Virus record (IMG/VR): IMGVR_UViG_3300032226_000130
Span: 1 to 36,471 of that record
Strand: one strand, 5' to 3'
Length of the DNA: 36,471 bases
Source of the DNA: a virus
Taxonomy: Duplodnaviria > Caudoviricetes
The notes under the pieces were generated by a model. It did no database searches, was not told the DNA's origin, and saw only the letters and a program-made list of their open reading frames with translations. Positions 8,269 to 16,891 of the stretch are shown here, in pieces; position 1 is the stretch's first letter, and the number at the start of each line of letters is the position of its first letter. Position numbers and translations under genes: made by a program.

Positions 8269-10134
8269 ATGCTTAAGAAACTTCAACAGAAAGCCGGTGT
8301 AAACAGAGAAAACACTCGATACACAAACGAGAACGGCTACTATGTTTCCGATAAGATAAGGTTTCGTCAAGGTACGCCAGAGAAAATTGGAGGGTGGCAA
8401 CGCATTTCTTCTACAATATTCCAAGGAATCTGCCGGTCTTTGTGGAACTGGATAACTCTTGGGGGCCAGAACTTACTGAGCGTAGGCACTAATTTAAAGT
8501 ATTACATCGAGTCTGGTGGCGCGTATAACGACATCACCCCCTTACGCAAAGCCCCAGCAACCCTTGTTAACAACCCATTTGCAACAGTATCTGGCTCTAC
8601 CACTGTTACTGTGACCGATGCTACGGGTGGTTATATCAATGGTGACTTTGTAACCTTTAGCGGCGCAACAGCTGTTGCCGGACTAACCTTGAATGGGGAA
8701 TACCAACTCTCTACTATCGGTGCATCTACAACGACATATGAAATTACAGCGGCATCTGCGGCCAACGCAACAACTACGGGCGGTGGAGCGGCTGTTGTAG
8801 CGGCATACCAGATTAACGTTGGTACGCCATTTGCCATTCCTTTAGTGGGTTGGGGTGCTGGTGCTTGGGGTGCTGGTACATGGGGTATTGGTGCGGCATC
8901 AACCAACCAGATGCGTATCTGGAGTCAAGCTAACTTTGGTGATGATTTAATCTTTGCGCCTAATGGTGGCCAGATATACATCTGGCAGGCCAGTACATCA
9001 CTGACAACACGGGGTGTTTTGATCTCTAGTTTGCCTGGAGCTAACTCTGTTCCTACAGTCCAGAACTTAATTCTGATCTCTGACTCATCTCGGTTTGTTT
9101 TTGCGTTTGGTGCAAATGATTACGGCTCGGCTCAACAAAACCCAATGCTCATTCGCTGGTCTGATCAAGAGGATTACCTTGAGTGGTTTCCATCTGCAAC
9201 CAATCAGGCCAGTAGCTTACAGCTGTCTAGCGGATCTAAGATCGTAACGGCCTTACAGTCCCGCCAAGAGATATTGGTTTGGACAGATTCTGCTTTGTAT
9301 TCTATGCAGTACCAAGGCCCACCAGCTGTATGGGGCGCTCAGTTATTGGCTGATAACTTGTCTATTGCTGGTCCAAATGCTTGTGCCATTGCGTCTGGTG
9401 TGACTTATTGGATGGGTATTGATAAGTTCTACAAATACGATGGCCGTACACAGACGTTGCGTTGTGACTTAAGGCAGTTTATCTTCCAAGACATTAACTT
9501 GGAGCAAGCCGCACAGATCTTTGCATCTACCAACGAAGGTTTTAACGAAGTCTGGTTCTTTTACTGCTCGGCCAACTCGTTTACGATTGATAGGTACGTT
9601 ACCTATAACTACGCTGAAGATGTGTGGGCGTATGGAACAATGGCCCGTACAGCGTGGCTTGACTCTGCTTTGCGCCAGCACCCCATGGCGGCCACTTACA
9701 GCTACAACATTGTTTTTCATGAGCAGGGCACCGATGACAACGAGACTGCGACTACTCTGCCGATTAACGCAGTGATTGAGACTACCGAGTTTGACATTGA
9801 TGACGGCGATCACTTTGGGTTTGTTTGGCGTATCGTGCCCGACATTACATTCAGGGGATCCACTGCGGCCTCTCCCCAGGTCACGATGACGTTGATCCCG
9901 ATGCAGAACTCTGGTTCTGGTTATAACGATCCTATCTCTTTAGGTGGTAACTCAAACGCTACTGTAGTTCGTACAGCTACTGTGCCGATTGAAGAGTTCA
10001 CAGGTCAGGTATATGTCAGGGTGCGGGGCCGTCAGATGATTATGAAGGTGGAGTCTAACCAGCTGGGATGTGCATGGCAGTTAGGCAGCCCCCGTATTGA
10101 CATTCGCCAAGATGGCCGTAGAGGTAACTCATGA
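8269..10134 (+). CDS. Tail nozzle / stabilisation protein (tail tubular protein B / P22 gp10-like beta-propeller)
   Basis: 621 aa; RFRQG.PEKIGGW, IRWSDQED, FNEVWFFY..YNY.E..W and RVRGRQ motifs. Confidence 0.7.
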   Translation: MLKKLQQKAGVNRENTRYTNENGYYVSDKIRFRQGTPEKIGGWQRISSTIFQGICRSLWNWITLGGQNLLSVGTNLKYYIESGGAYNDITPLRKAPATLVNNPFATVSGSTTVTVTDATGGYINGDFVTFSGATAVAGLTLNGEYQLSTIGASTTTYEITAASAANATTTGGGAAVVAAYQINVGTPFAIPLVGWGAGAWGAGTWGIGAASTNQMRIWSQANFGDDLIFAPNGGQIYIWQASTSLTTRGVLISSLPGANSVPTVQNLILISDSSRFVFAFGANDYGSAQQNPMLIRWSDQEDYLEWFPSATNQASSLQLSSGSKIVTALQSRQEILVWTDSALYSMQYQGPPAVWGAQLLADNLSIAGPNACAIASGVTYWMGIDKFYKYDGRTQTLRCDLRQFIFQDINLEQAAQIFASTNEGFNEVWFFYCSANSFTIDRYVTYNYAEDVWAYGTMARTAWLDSALRQHPMAATYSYNIVFHEQGTDDNETATTLPINAVIETTEFDIDDGDHFGFVWRIVPDITFRGSTAASPQVTMTLIPMQNSGSGYNDPISLGGNSNATVVRTATVPIEEFTGQVYVRVRGRQMIMKVESNQLGCAWQLGSPRIDIRQDGRRGNS

Positions 10135-10478
10135 GTGTCATCATCACATCAGAGTTTGAGCTTCAGCGGGTGCAACCCCCTGCCCTGCCGTTTGCTACGC
10201 CGGTATATAACGAGCAGTACCAGAACCAACTCAATAACATTTTGCGTCTGTACTTTAACCGTTTAGAGAGCATACTTAATCAGCTTGACTCGGGCGCTTT
10301 CCAACCGCCTTTGACTAACTACACAGTGGCTACGTTACCCAGTGCGGCTACATCGGGTAAGGGTGCTCGGGCGTTTGTAACTGATGCTCTGGCCCCCGTG
10401 TTTGGAGCTACTGTAGCGACTGGCGGAGCGGTGGCTGTGCCCGTATACTCTGACGGAACGAATTGGAAGGTCGGATAA
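10131..10478 (+). CDS. Short tail appendage/adaptor protein
   Basis: 115 aa; helical NQLNNILRLYFNRL N-terminus and YTVATLPSA..VYSDGTNW fibre-knob-like C-terminus. Confidence 0.6.
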   Translation: MSVIITSEFELQRVQPPALPFATPVYNEQYQNQLNNILRLYFNRLESILNQLDSGAFQPPLTNYTVATLPSAATSGKGARAFVTDALAPVFGATVATGGAVAVPVYSDGTNWKVG

Positions 10479-10479
10479 T

Positions 10480-13400
10480 ATGTCTTGGACACCAGAATAC
10501 CCCGAATGGCCTGCGCCCAGACCTCAAGTTGATTACTTTGCTCAGCAGTCTGAAAATGGGTACGGCAATAGCTACATCCCTTCTGGGATTGCATCTTTAC
10601 CTATTCAGCAACCAGTTCCTGGACCAATATATCAACCAATAGCGCCTGAAGTTGATTACTACGCTCAGCAGTTTGGGAATTACTTTACGCCAACACTACC
10701 CGCTGCTCAGCCAATGGTTGAACCCGCTCCAGTGTTTGATCCCTTTAATAGTTCAAGCGGTATCATTGAAGATGTTGAAGAGCCGCTTGAAAGATTTGTG
10801 CAGGATGTTACTGAGCCGCTTCCATTCGCACCCCGTAATACAAAATCTGACATCATTGAAGATGTTGAAGAGCCGTTTAACTATGCTAAGGTTACTAACG
10901 ATAGACCAGCACCGCCATTACCCCAGACTGATCAGAATACGGGCGTGTTTGGTTTGCCTTCTTTGGAACAAGCCCAGCAAACGCAACAAACGCAACCAGC
11001 TCAGCCTGCTCAGCCAGTAGGACCAGACCCCAAAACAGTTGATTCACTCAAAAATCAAATCTTAGGTCAAGGTTTAACCGGTAAATGGACTGGTTCAGGT
11101 CACGGCTCTGCTGACGCTAACGCCGCTGACATGGCCAAGATTATGGCTGGCATTGGTATTACCGATATTAAGCAGTTTGGTAAAGTTCCTATTCTTGAAG
11201 AGGCCGTAGCGCAAAAAGGTTACAACGGTCAAGCCGCTCAACAAGATGAGGATGGTAACTATTTTATTGTTACTACTACTGGGTTTGATTATGAAGGCAA
11301 CCCAATTAACTCCAGACAAAGTGTAGACCCTAAAGACTTGCAAACTCTTTATGGTTCTTACCAGCCGATAACATCTAACCCAGACGAAGGCAGTTATTTT
11401 GTACCCGCTGATAAGTCCAATTTGGTCTTAAAAGATGGTGTGACGATGGTTAAGACCGGCGAAACTTTTGGTAACAAAGCCACAGGTCAAGCCGTTCCTA
11501 TTACATACAGCGAGCGTCAAAAAGGTGACTTCTTTGGTGGAACCTTTGCGGGTAAAGGTAATACTGGCTATGGTGTAAAGTTTGATTCTCAAGGTAATCC
11601 TATCTTTTACACGCAAGGTGCGTCATCTAATGACCTAGCGAACATGATGAAAGATTTTGGTCCATTGGGTCAGATTGCCATTGCGGCCGCTACTGGTGGA
11701 TTGTCTTTGCCAGCTCAGTTAGCCGCTAATGCCGGCATCCAGTTATTGGCCGGCGGTGATATTAAGGACATTCTCAAGGGTACAGCCCTATCTTATCTTG
11801 GTGGACAAGCTGGTAACTTGATCTCTGGGTCTAGTGGTATCACAGATTTGTTGGGGAAAACAGGGACAGACATTGCTGCACGAACCGCTCGGCAGTTTGT
11901 GGGTAGTGGGGGTAAGGCTGACCTTGAGCAAGCTTTGCTGGGTAATGTACTTAGTTCTGGCGTTAACAGTGTTATGGGTGAGGTGCCGGGATTAGATAAT
12001 CTCTCGCCAGTGGATAGAAGCCTAACATCAAATTTGATTGCGGCTGTTGCTACTGGTACGCCTATTGAGCAAGCTATACAGAATGCAATTGTAAGTAAAG
12101 CATCATCTGAGGTTAGTAACTCTGTTGCTCAAGCGCGCAATGCTCCATCAATTCCAGATGAGCAACCAAAGACTTACGAAGACTTGATGGCCGGTATCGT
12201 ACCTAGTACGCCTGATCGCCCAAGCACAGGGCCAAGCAACGATGAGATCTTGAAGCAGATAGGTTATGAGCCAGAGCCAACTACTGTTCAGCAAGAGCCC
12301 GCAAATATTGATCAGTTGTTGCGTTCATTACAGCCATACATTGAAAATCCGCCTGTTGATAACTTGATAAACCAAGCTGTCACAGATACACTTGGAACCA
12401 AGAATGCGGATGAGACCGCCACTGGAAGGGAAACAACCATGGATGATATTGATTTGAGTAGTTTAATGGGCAGTCTTGACGCTGGACCAGGCGCTGTCGA
12501 TTTATCTAACATAGACTTATCAAACTTACTTGCAGCAAATACTCCTACTGATAACTATCAATTCAATCCAGATGACTATAAAGATGCCTTTGCATCTGGT
12601 GAACTTTCAGATTTATTAGGTGATAGCTACAACTTTGATCCTAACCAATATGCAGATGCGTTTGCGTCCGGTGATAACCTTATGGGAAGCGGTCGTTATG
12701 AATCAAATTTAAATACTTCTCAACTTGAAAAGGGTTTTAATTTAGATGATGCCAAGGCTGCCGAGAGGGAAAGGGCTGACGAATACGATCCAACTGCCGC
12801 TCTTCCTCAATACGGCGTCCAAGATCTTGGCATTTCACAGACGATGATTGATGAGTTCAACAAGAACTATCAACCAGCTGGCGGTTTTGGCAGTCAATGG
12901 CAGACTGTTGGCACTAACAAAGTTATGGTCAATGATGATGGTACATCTACAATCCTTGACCCAACGACTGGCCAGAGTTCGTACTTAACACCAGCTCAAA
13001 CTGCGGCGTTAATTAAGAATGGCACCCTAAACACCAAATCTTCTGGTTATGTTGCGGCTACTGGAGGCACGGGATCAAGACCCGGCGGCTCTAGGCCTGC
13101 AACATCTACGGCTAAGAAAACAACAAAAACAGAAGGTTCAGGCGGCAACAAAGCCAACATGATTATGGCTTTGATGGCAATGATGGCCATGATGAATGAC
13201 AGAGGTAAAGGCTCATCTGGTTCGGGATCTGTTATCCCAGCTTTGCAAGCCAACCGTACACAGCTTCCATATTCTCGGCCTTCGCGTCCCGGAGCTGGTG
13301 GACAAAACTACTTCTCACCAACAACTTATACAGCCAAAGCGGCAGAAGGCGGTCTGATGGGTTTGGCCGGCGGCGGTATGTCTAGCCTTGGTGGATATTC

Positions 13401-13659
13401 CGATGGAGGCCGCTTACTTCGTGGTCCCGGTGATGGCGTATCTGATTCAATTCCTGCGACAATCGGTGGTAAACAACCAGCTCGATTAGCAGAAGGTGAG
13501 TTTGTTGTACCAGCAAGAATCGTTTCTGAACTAGGTAACGGCTCTACAAATGCAGGCGCTAAGAAGCTTTACGCCATGATGGACCGTGTCCAGAACAAGC
13601 GCCGCAAAACAAAGAACGTTGCGGCTGATACAAAAGCGCACAAAAATTTACCCGCATAA
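10480..13659 (+). CDS. Internal virion (ejection) protein 1
   Basis: 1059 aa; Pro/Gln-rich disorder, Gly/Ala hydrophobic segment, C-terminal AxGG...GPGDGVSDSIPA...LAEGEFVVPA domain; follows the nozzle gene. Confidence 0.6.
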   Translation: MSWTPEYPEWPAPRPQVDYFAQQSENGYGNSYIPSGIASLPIQQPVPGPIYQPIAPEVDYYAQQFGNYFTPTLPAAQPMVEPAPVFDPFNSSSGIIEDVEEPLERFVQDVTEPLPFAPRNTKSDIIEDVEEPFNYAKVTNDRPAPPLPQTDQNTGVFGLPSLEQAQQTQQTQPAQPAQPVGPDPKTVDSLKNQILGQGLTGKWTGSGHGSADANAADMAKIMAGIGITDIKQFGKVPILEEAVAQKGYNGQAAQQDEDGNYFIVTTTGFDYEGNPINSRQSVDPKDLQTLYGSYQPITSNPDEGSYFVPADKSNLVLKDGVTMVKTGETFGNKATGQAVPITYSERQKGDFFGGTFAGKGNTGYGVKFDSQGNPIFYTQGASSNDLANMMKDFGPLGQIAIAAATGGLSLPAQLAANAGIQLLAGGDIKDILKGTALSYLGGQAGNLISGSSGITDLLGKTGTDIAARTARQFVGSGGKADLEQALLGNVLSSGVNSVMGEVPGLDNLSPVDRSLTSNLIAAVATGTPIEQAIQNAIVSKASSEVSNSVAQARNAPSIPDEQPKTYEDLMAGIVPSTPDRPSTGPSNDEILKQIGYEPEPTTVQQEPANIDQLLRSLQPYIENPPVDNLINQAVTDTLGTKNADETATGRETTMDDIDLSSLMGSLDAGPGAVDLSNIDLSNLLAANTPTDNYQFNPDDYKDAFASGELSDLLGDSYNFDPNQYADAFASGDNLMGSGRYESNLNTSQLEKGFNLDDAKAAERERADEYDPTAALPQYGVQDLGISQTMIDEFNKNYQPAGGFGSQWQTVGTNKVMVNDDGTSTILDPTTGQSSYLTPAQTAALIKNGTLNTKSSGYVAATGGTGSRPGGSRPATSTAKKTTKTEGSGGNKANMIMALMAMMAMMNDRGKGSSGSGSVIPALQANRTQLPYSRPSRPGAGGQNYFSPTTYTAKAAEGGLMGLAGGGMSSLGGYSDGGRLLRGPGDGVSDSIPATIGGKQPARLAEGEFVVPARIVSELGNGSTNAGAKKLYAMMDRVQNKRRKTKNVAADTKAHKNLPA

Positions 13660-13668
13660 GGAGCTATT

Positions 13669-15309
13669 ATGGCCGGAGCAGTTTTACCAACAGGATCGAC
13701 AAACACCCAGGGCCTAGCTCCTTGGGCTGGTGATTACATTACCAATTATCTTGGCAAGGCTCAAGCTTTAGCTGAAAAAGGTTATGAGAAATTTCCAGAT
13801 GCACTTACAGCTGGTCCTTCTGATTTACAAAATAAGGCATTTCAAGGTCTTGGATCATTGACTGTTCCCGGAAGTATTGGTCAAGCGGCCACCACGGCTG
13901 GTGACATTGCGACCAAAGCTCAAAACATGGGGTACACACCAACCCAGTTTACAAGCCAGTTTAATGCGCCCGGTGCATACACACCTTCTAGCGGGCCTCA
14001 ATATAACCAACTAACTGCCAATACTGTATCTTCGCAGTTCAATGCTCCAAGCGCTTATCAGGGTGCCACATTTGATAATCAGTTCAAAGCACCAGAACAG
14101 TCTGAAGCTACTAAGTTTCAAAACCAATTCCAAGCTCCAGGTCAGTATCAGAACACAGCGTTTACGTCTGGCACGTTTGGCGGAGAGCAAGCTCAGCAGT
14201 ACATGAACCCGTACTTGCAAGCTTCGCTAAACCCTCAACTGGAAGAAGCTCGCCGTCAAGCACAGATTACCGAGCAACAAAATAAAGCGGCAATGACCCG
14301 TGCTGGTGCTTATGGTGGTGGCCGTAGTGCTATTCTTGCCGCCGAGAACCAACGTAACCTTGCATCTAACCTAGCCAATATCACTGGTAAGGGTTACGAC
14401 ACAGCGTTCCAAAACGCTATGAGTCAGTACAACCAAGACCAAGCTCGTAATATGCAAGCTCAACAAGCTTCTGAGCAGTCTAAACAGTTTGGTGCTGGCC
14501 AGTCTATGACTGCGGCTGACATGATGGCTAGATATGGTATGTCTGCCCAGCAAGCTCAAGAAGCGGCTCGTCAGTTCAATCAACAACAAGCCATGACTGG
14601 TGCTCAGTCTGCGGCTCAGTATGGTCTTGCAGGCCAGCAAGCTACTGAGGCTTCCCGTCAGTTTGGTGCAAACCTTGGATTACAAGCGGCTACGACAGCT
14701 GGTGCGCAGGGTTTACAGGCGGCTTTGGCTAACCAATCTGCTGGTCTTACTGCTGGTCAGGGCAACATCAATGCGGCCATGGAAGCGGCACGTCAGGCTG
14801 AAGCTTCACGCCAGTTCGGTGCTCAGCAGGGCATGACAGCGGCACAGCAAGCGGCTCAGTATGGCCAAGCGGCGCAGGCGGCTTCTGAGCAGTCTAGACA
14901 GTTTGGCGCTCAACAAGGTCTGGCTGGTTTGGACACAGCTCTTCGGGGTGCACAGCTTCAAGGTAACTTGGGAGCTACTCAAAATAGAACCGCCCTTGAT
15001 AATCTCAGTGCTCAGCTGGCCGCAGGAGCTACACAGCGCGGAATTACTGCTGAAGGTATTGCAGCGGATAGAGCTGAGTTTGAAGCAGAACGTCAGCTTC
15101 CATATCAACAAGTTCAGTTCATGCGCGACATGATCTCTGGACTGCCAACTGGATCGGTCACAAATACACCGGCAAACGTTACTGGTGTAGGTGCTTTGCT
15201 TTCTTCATTGGGTGGTGGTGCAGCGGCCGCCTCTGCGTTGGGATATAAAGACGTTGGTGAGTTATTAAAAGCGCTTGGTCTTGATTTAGGACCAAAAGAA
15301 CCTGTTTAA
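13669..15309 (+). CDS. Internal virion (ejection/DNA-transfer) protein 2
   Basis: 546 aa; SD AAGGAG; Gln/Ala-rich helical repeats, YMNPY..AGAYGGGR motif. Confidence 0.65.
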   Translation: MAGAVLPTGSTNTQGLAPWAGDYITNYLGKAQALAEKGYEKFPDALTAGPSDLQNKAFQGLGSLTVPGSIGQAATTAGDIATKAQNMGYTPTQFTSQFNAPGAYTPSSGPQYNQLTANTVSSQFNAPSAYQGATFDNQFKAPEQSEATKFQNQFQAPGQYQNTAFTSGTFGGEQAQQYMNPYLQASLNPQLEEARRQAQITEQQNKAAMTRAGAYGGGRSAILAAENQRNLASNLANITGKGYDTAFQNAMSQYNQDQARNMQAQQASEQSKQFGAGQSMTAADMMARYGMSAQQAQEAARQFNQQQAMTGAQSAAQYGLAGQQATEASRQFGANLGLQAATTAGAQGLQAALANQSAGLTAGQGNINAAMEAARQAEASRQFGAQQGMTAAQQAAQYGQAAQAASEQSRQFGAQQGLAGLDTALRGAQLQGNLGATQNRTALDNLSAQLAAGATQRGITAEGIAADRAEFEAERQLPYQQVQFMRDMISGLPTGSVTNTPANVTGVGALLSSLGGGAAAASALGYKDVGELLKALGLDLGPKEPV

Positions 15310-15320
15310 GAGTAAATAAA

Positions 15321-16877
15321 ATGAACCTCATCCAAATTCAAGAACATCTAAAGGATTTGCCTACACAGGCAATCATGGCGTATGCCAATGGGCAAAACCC
15401 ACAGGTGCCGCCGTACATGGCTTTGGGTGAAATGAACAGACGAAAGAACATGGAGCAACGAGCCGCGCAAGCTCCTAACTCTTCTGTTAAAGAGAAGCTA
15501 GAGGGCGAGCTGGCTCAGCAATTAGCTTTACCGGGCGTTGGTCAGGGCATGAACATGAGGATGAACCCAGAAGGTATGCCTGAACCCATGCCGGCCGTAC
15601 AGCCTCAAATGGCTCCTCAGATGCCTAAGATGCAGAACCCTCCTTTGGCTCAAAAGACGCCTCCCCAGCAGATGTCTCAGCCCGGTAGTATCCCTGCTGG
15701 CGCTCCCGGCATGGCTGATGGTGGACTGGCTACTTTGCCTGTTAATTCTGATATGTTTAACTACGCACCCGGCGGCATTGTTGCATTTGCTGATGAAGAC
15801 AATAACCAGTTGGTCTTGCCTCCAGGTACACCATATAGCTCTGAAGAGTCAGGCACTTATTCTTCTAATGAAGGTGGTGGTAAGACTCAAATGGATTTAG
15901 CTAATGAAATTCTAAAGAAACGTTTGCTTGGTCAAGTTGATCTGCCACAGCCTGTTGATAGAGATGTGGTTAGAGCAGAGGTACTTGCTAAGAGGCCAGA
16001 GCTTGCCGGTATTCTTAACAAGTTACCCGGTGAGGCTTTGGGTAAACTGGCTACAGAGCTTGAGTCACAGAATAAGTCTCAGCGTGATAGATTCCAAGAG
16101 GGAGAAGGCCGGCAAGGTCTTGCCGCTTTGTCTAACGCTTTGATTGCCGCTGGTGAAGCTACCCGTGGCCAGAAGGGCTTTGGCGGCATTGGCGCGGCTT
16201 TTGGTGGCTTTGGTAAGGCATATAACGCATCTACTGAGGCGGCTGAGCAAAGAGCCTCTAAACAGCAAGCCCTTGAACGCGCTCAAACCATTGAGACTAT
16301 GAAGCTCCAGTCAGACATTGAGCAGATGCAACGTGCGTTTGCTGAAGGTGACATTGATAAAGCCATGAAGTTTAAAGAGCAGATTGCTGCCCGTGAGGCT
16401 AAGATTGAAGAGATCAAAGGCACAGCCGCTAAAGACACTATTAGTAACTATATGACTCAACAGCAACGTGATGAGCAAGTGCGTCACAACAAAAAGGTTG
16501 AGGAGTATCAACTGGCACAGCAAAATATTGCCGCTGAACGTGCCAAGTATGAGCGTGAGAACAGGCCTACAGTTGAAGATAAGAACATACTTTCTGTCAT
16601 GTCTCGTTTAAATGCAGACCCAGATTACAGAGCCATGTTAAAGAAACGTGATAACTTCAGTCCGGGCGATCCCGAGTTTGAGGCAATCCAAGACGTTTTA
16701 GACTCGATGAGAGATGCGGCATTTGCAGATTTAAAACTCAAAGCTCCTACAAAGCGTGAAAGATTAAAATCTACAGCGCCACCTGAAGATACACGGTCAT
16801 TTTTAGATAAACTGTCTGGTAAACCGGCCCCGGGTAATTTCCCCGCCTTACCTCCTGGCTTTGTTCCCGTTAAATAA
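15321..16877 (+). CDS. Internal virion (ejection) protein 3
   Basis: 518 aa; MADGGLA/YAPGGIVAF motifs, Gly/Ala amphipathic segment, long coiled coil. Confidence 0.6.
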   Translation: MNLIQIQEHLKDLPTQAIMAYANGQNPQVPPYMALGEMNRRKNMEQRAAQAPNSSVKEKLEGELAQQLALPGVGQGMNMRMNPEGMPEPMPAVQPQMAPQMPKMQNPPLAQKTPPQQMSQPGSIPAGAPGMADGGLATLPVNSDMFNYAPGGIVAFADEDNNQLVLPPGTPYSSEESGTYSSNEGGGKTQMDLANEILKKRLLGQVDLPQPVDRDVVRAEVLAKRPELAGILNKLPGEALGKLATELESQNKSQRDRFQEGEGRQGLAALSNALIAAGEATRGQKGFGGIGAAFGGFGKAYNASTEAAEQRASKQQALERAQTIETMKLQSDIEQMQRAFAEGDIDKAMKFKEQIAAREAKIEEIKGTAAKDTISNYMTQQQRDEQVRHNKKVEEYQLAQQNIAAERAKYERENRPTVEDKNILSVMSRLNADPDYRAMLKKRDNFSPGDPEFEAIQDVLDSMRDAAFADLKLKAPTKRERLKSTAPPEDTRSFLDKLSGKPAPGNFPALPPGFVPVK

Positions 16878-16891
16878 TTTAGGATTTCATT

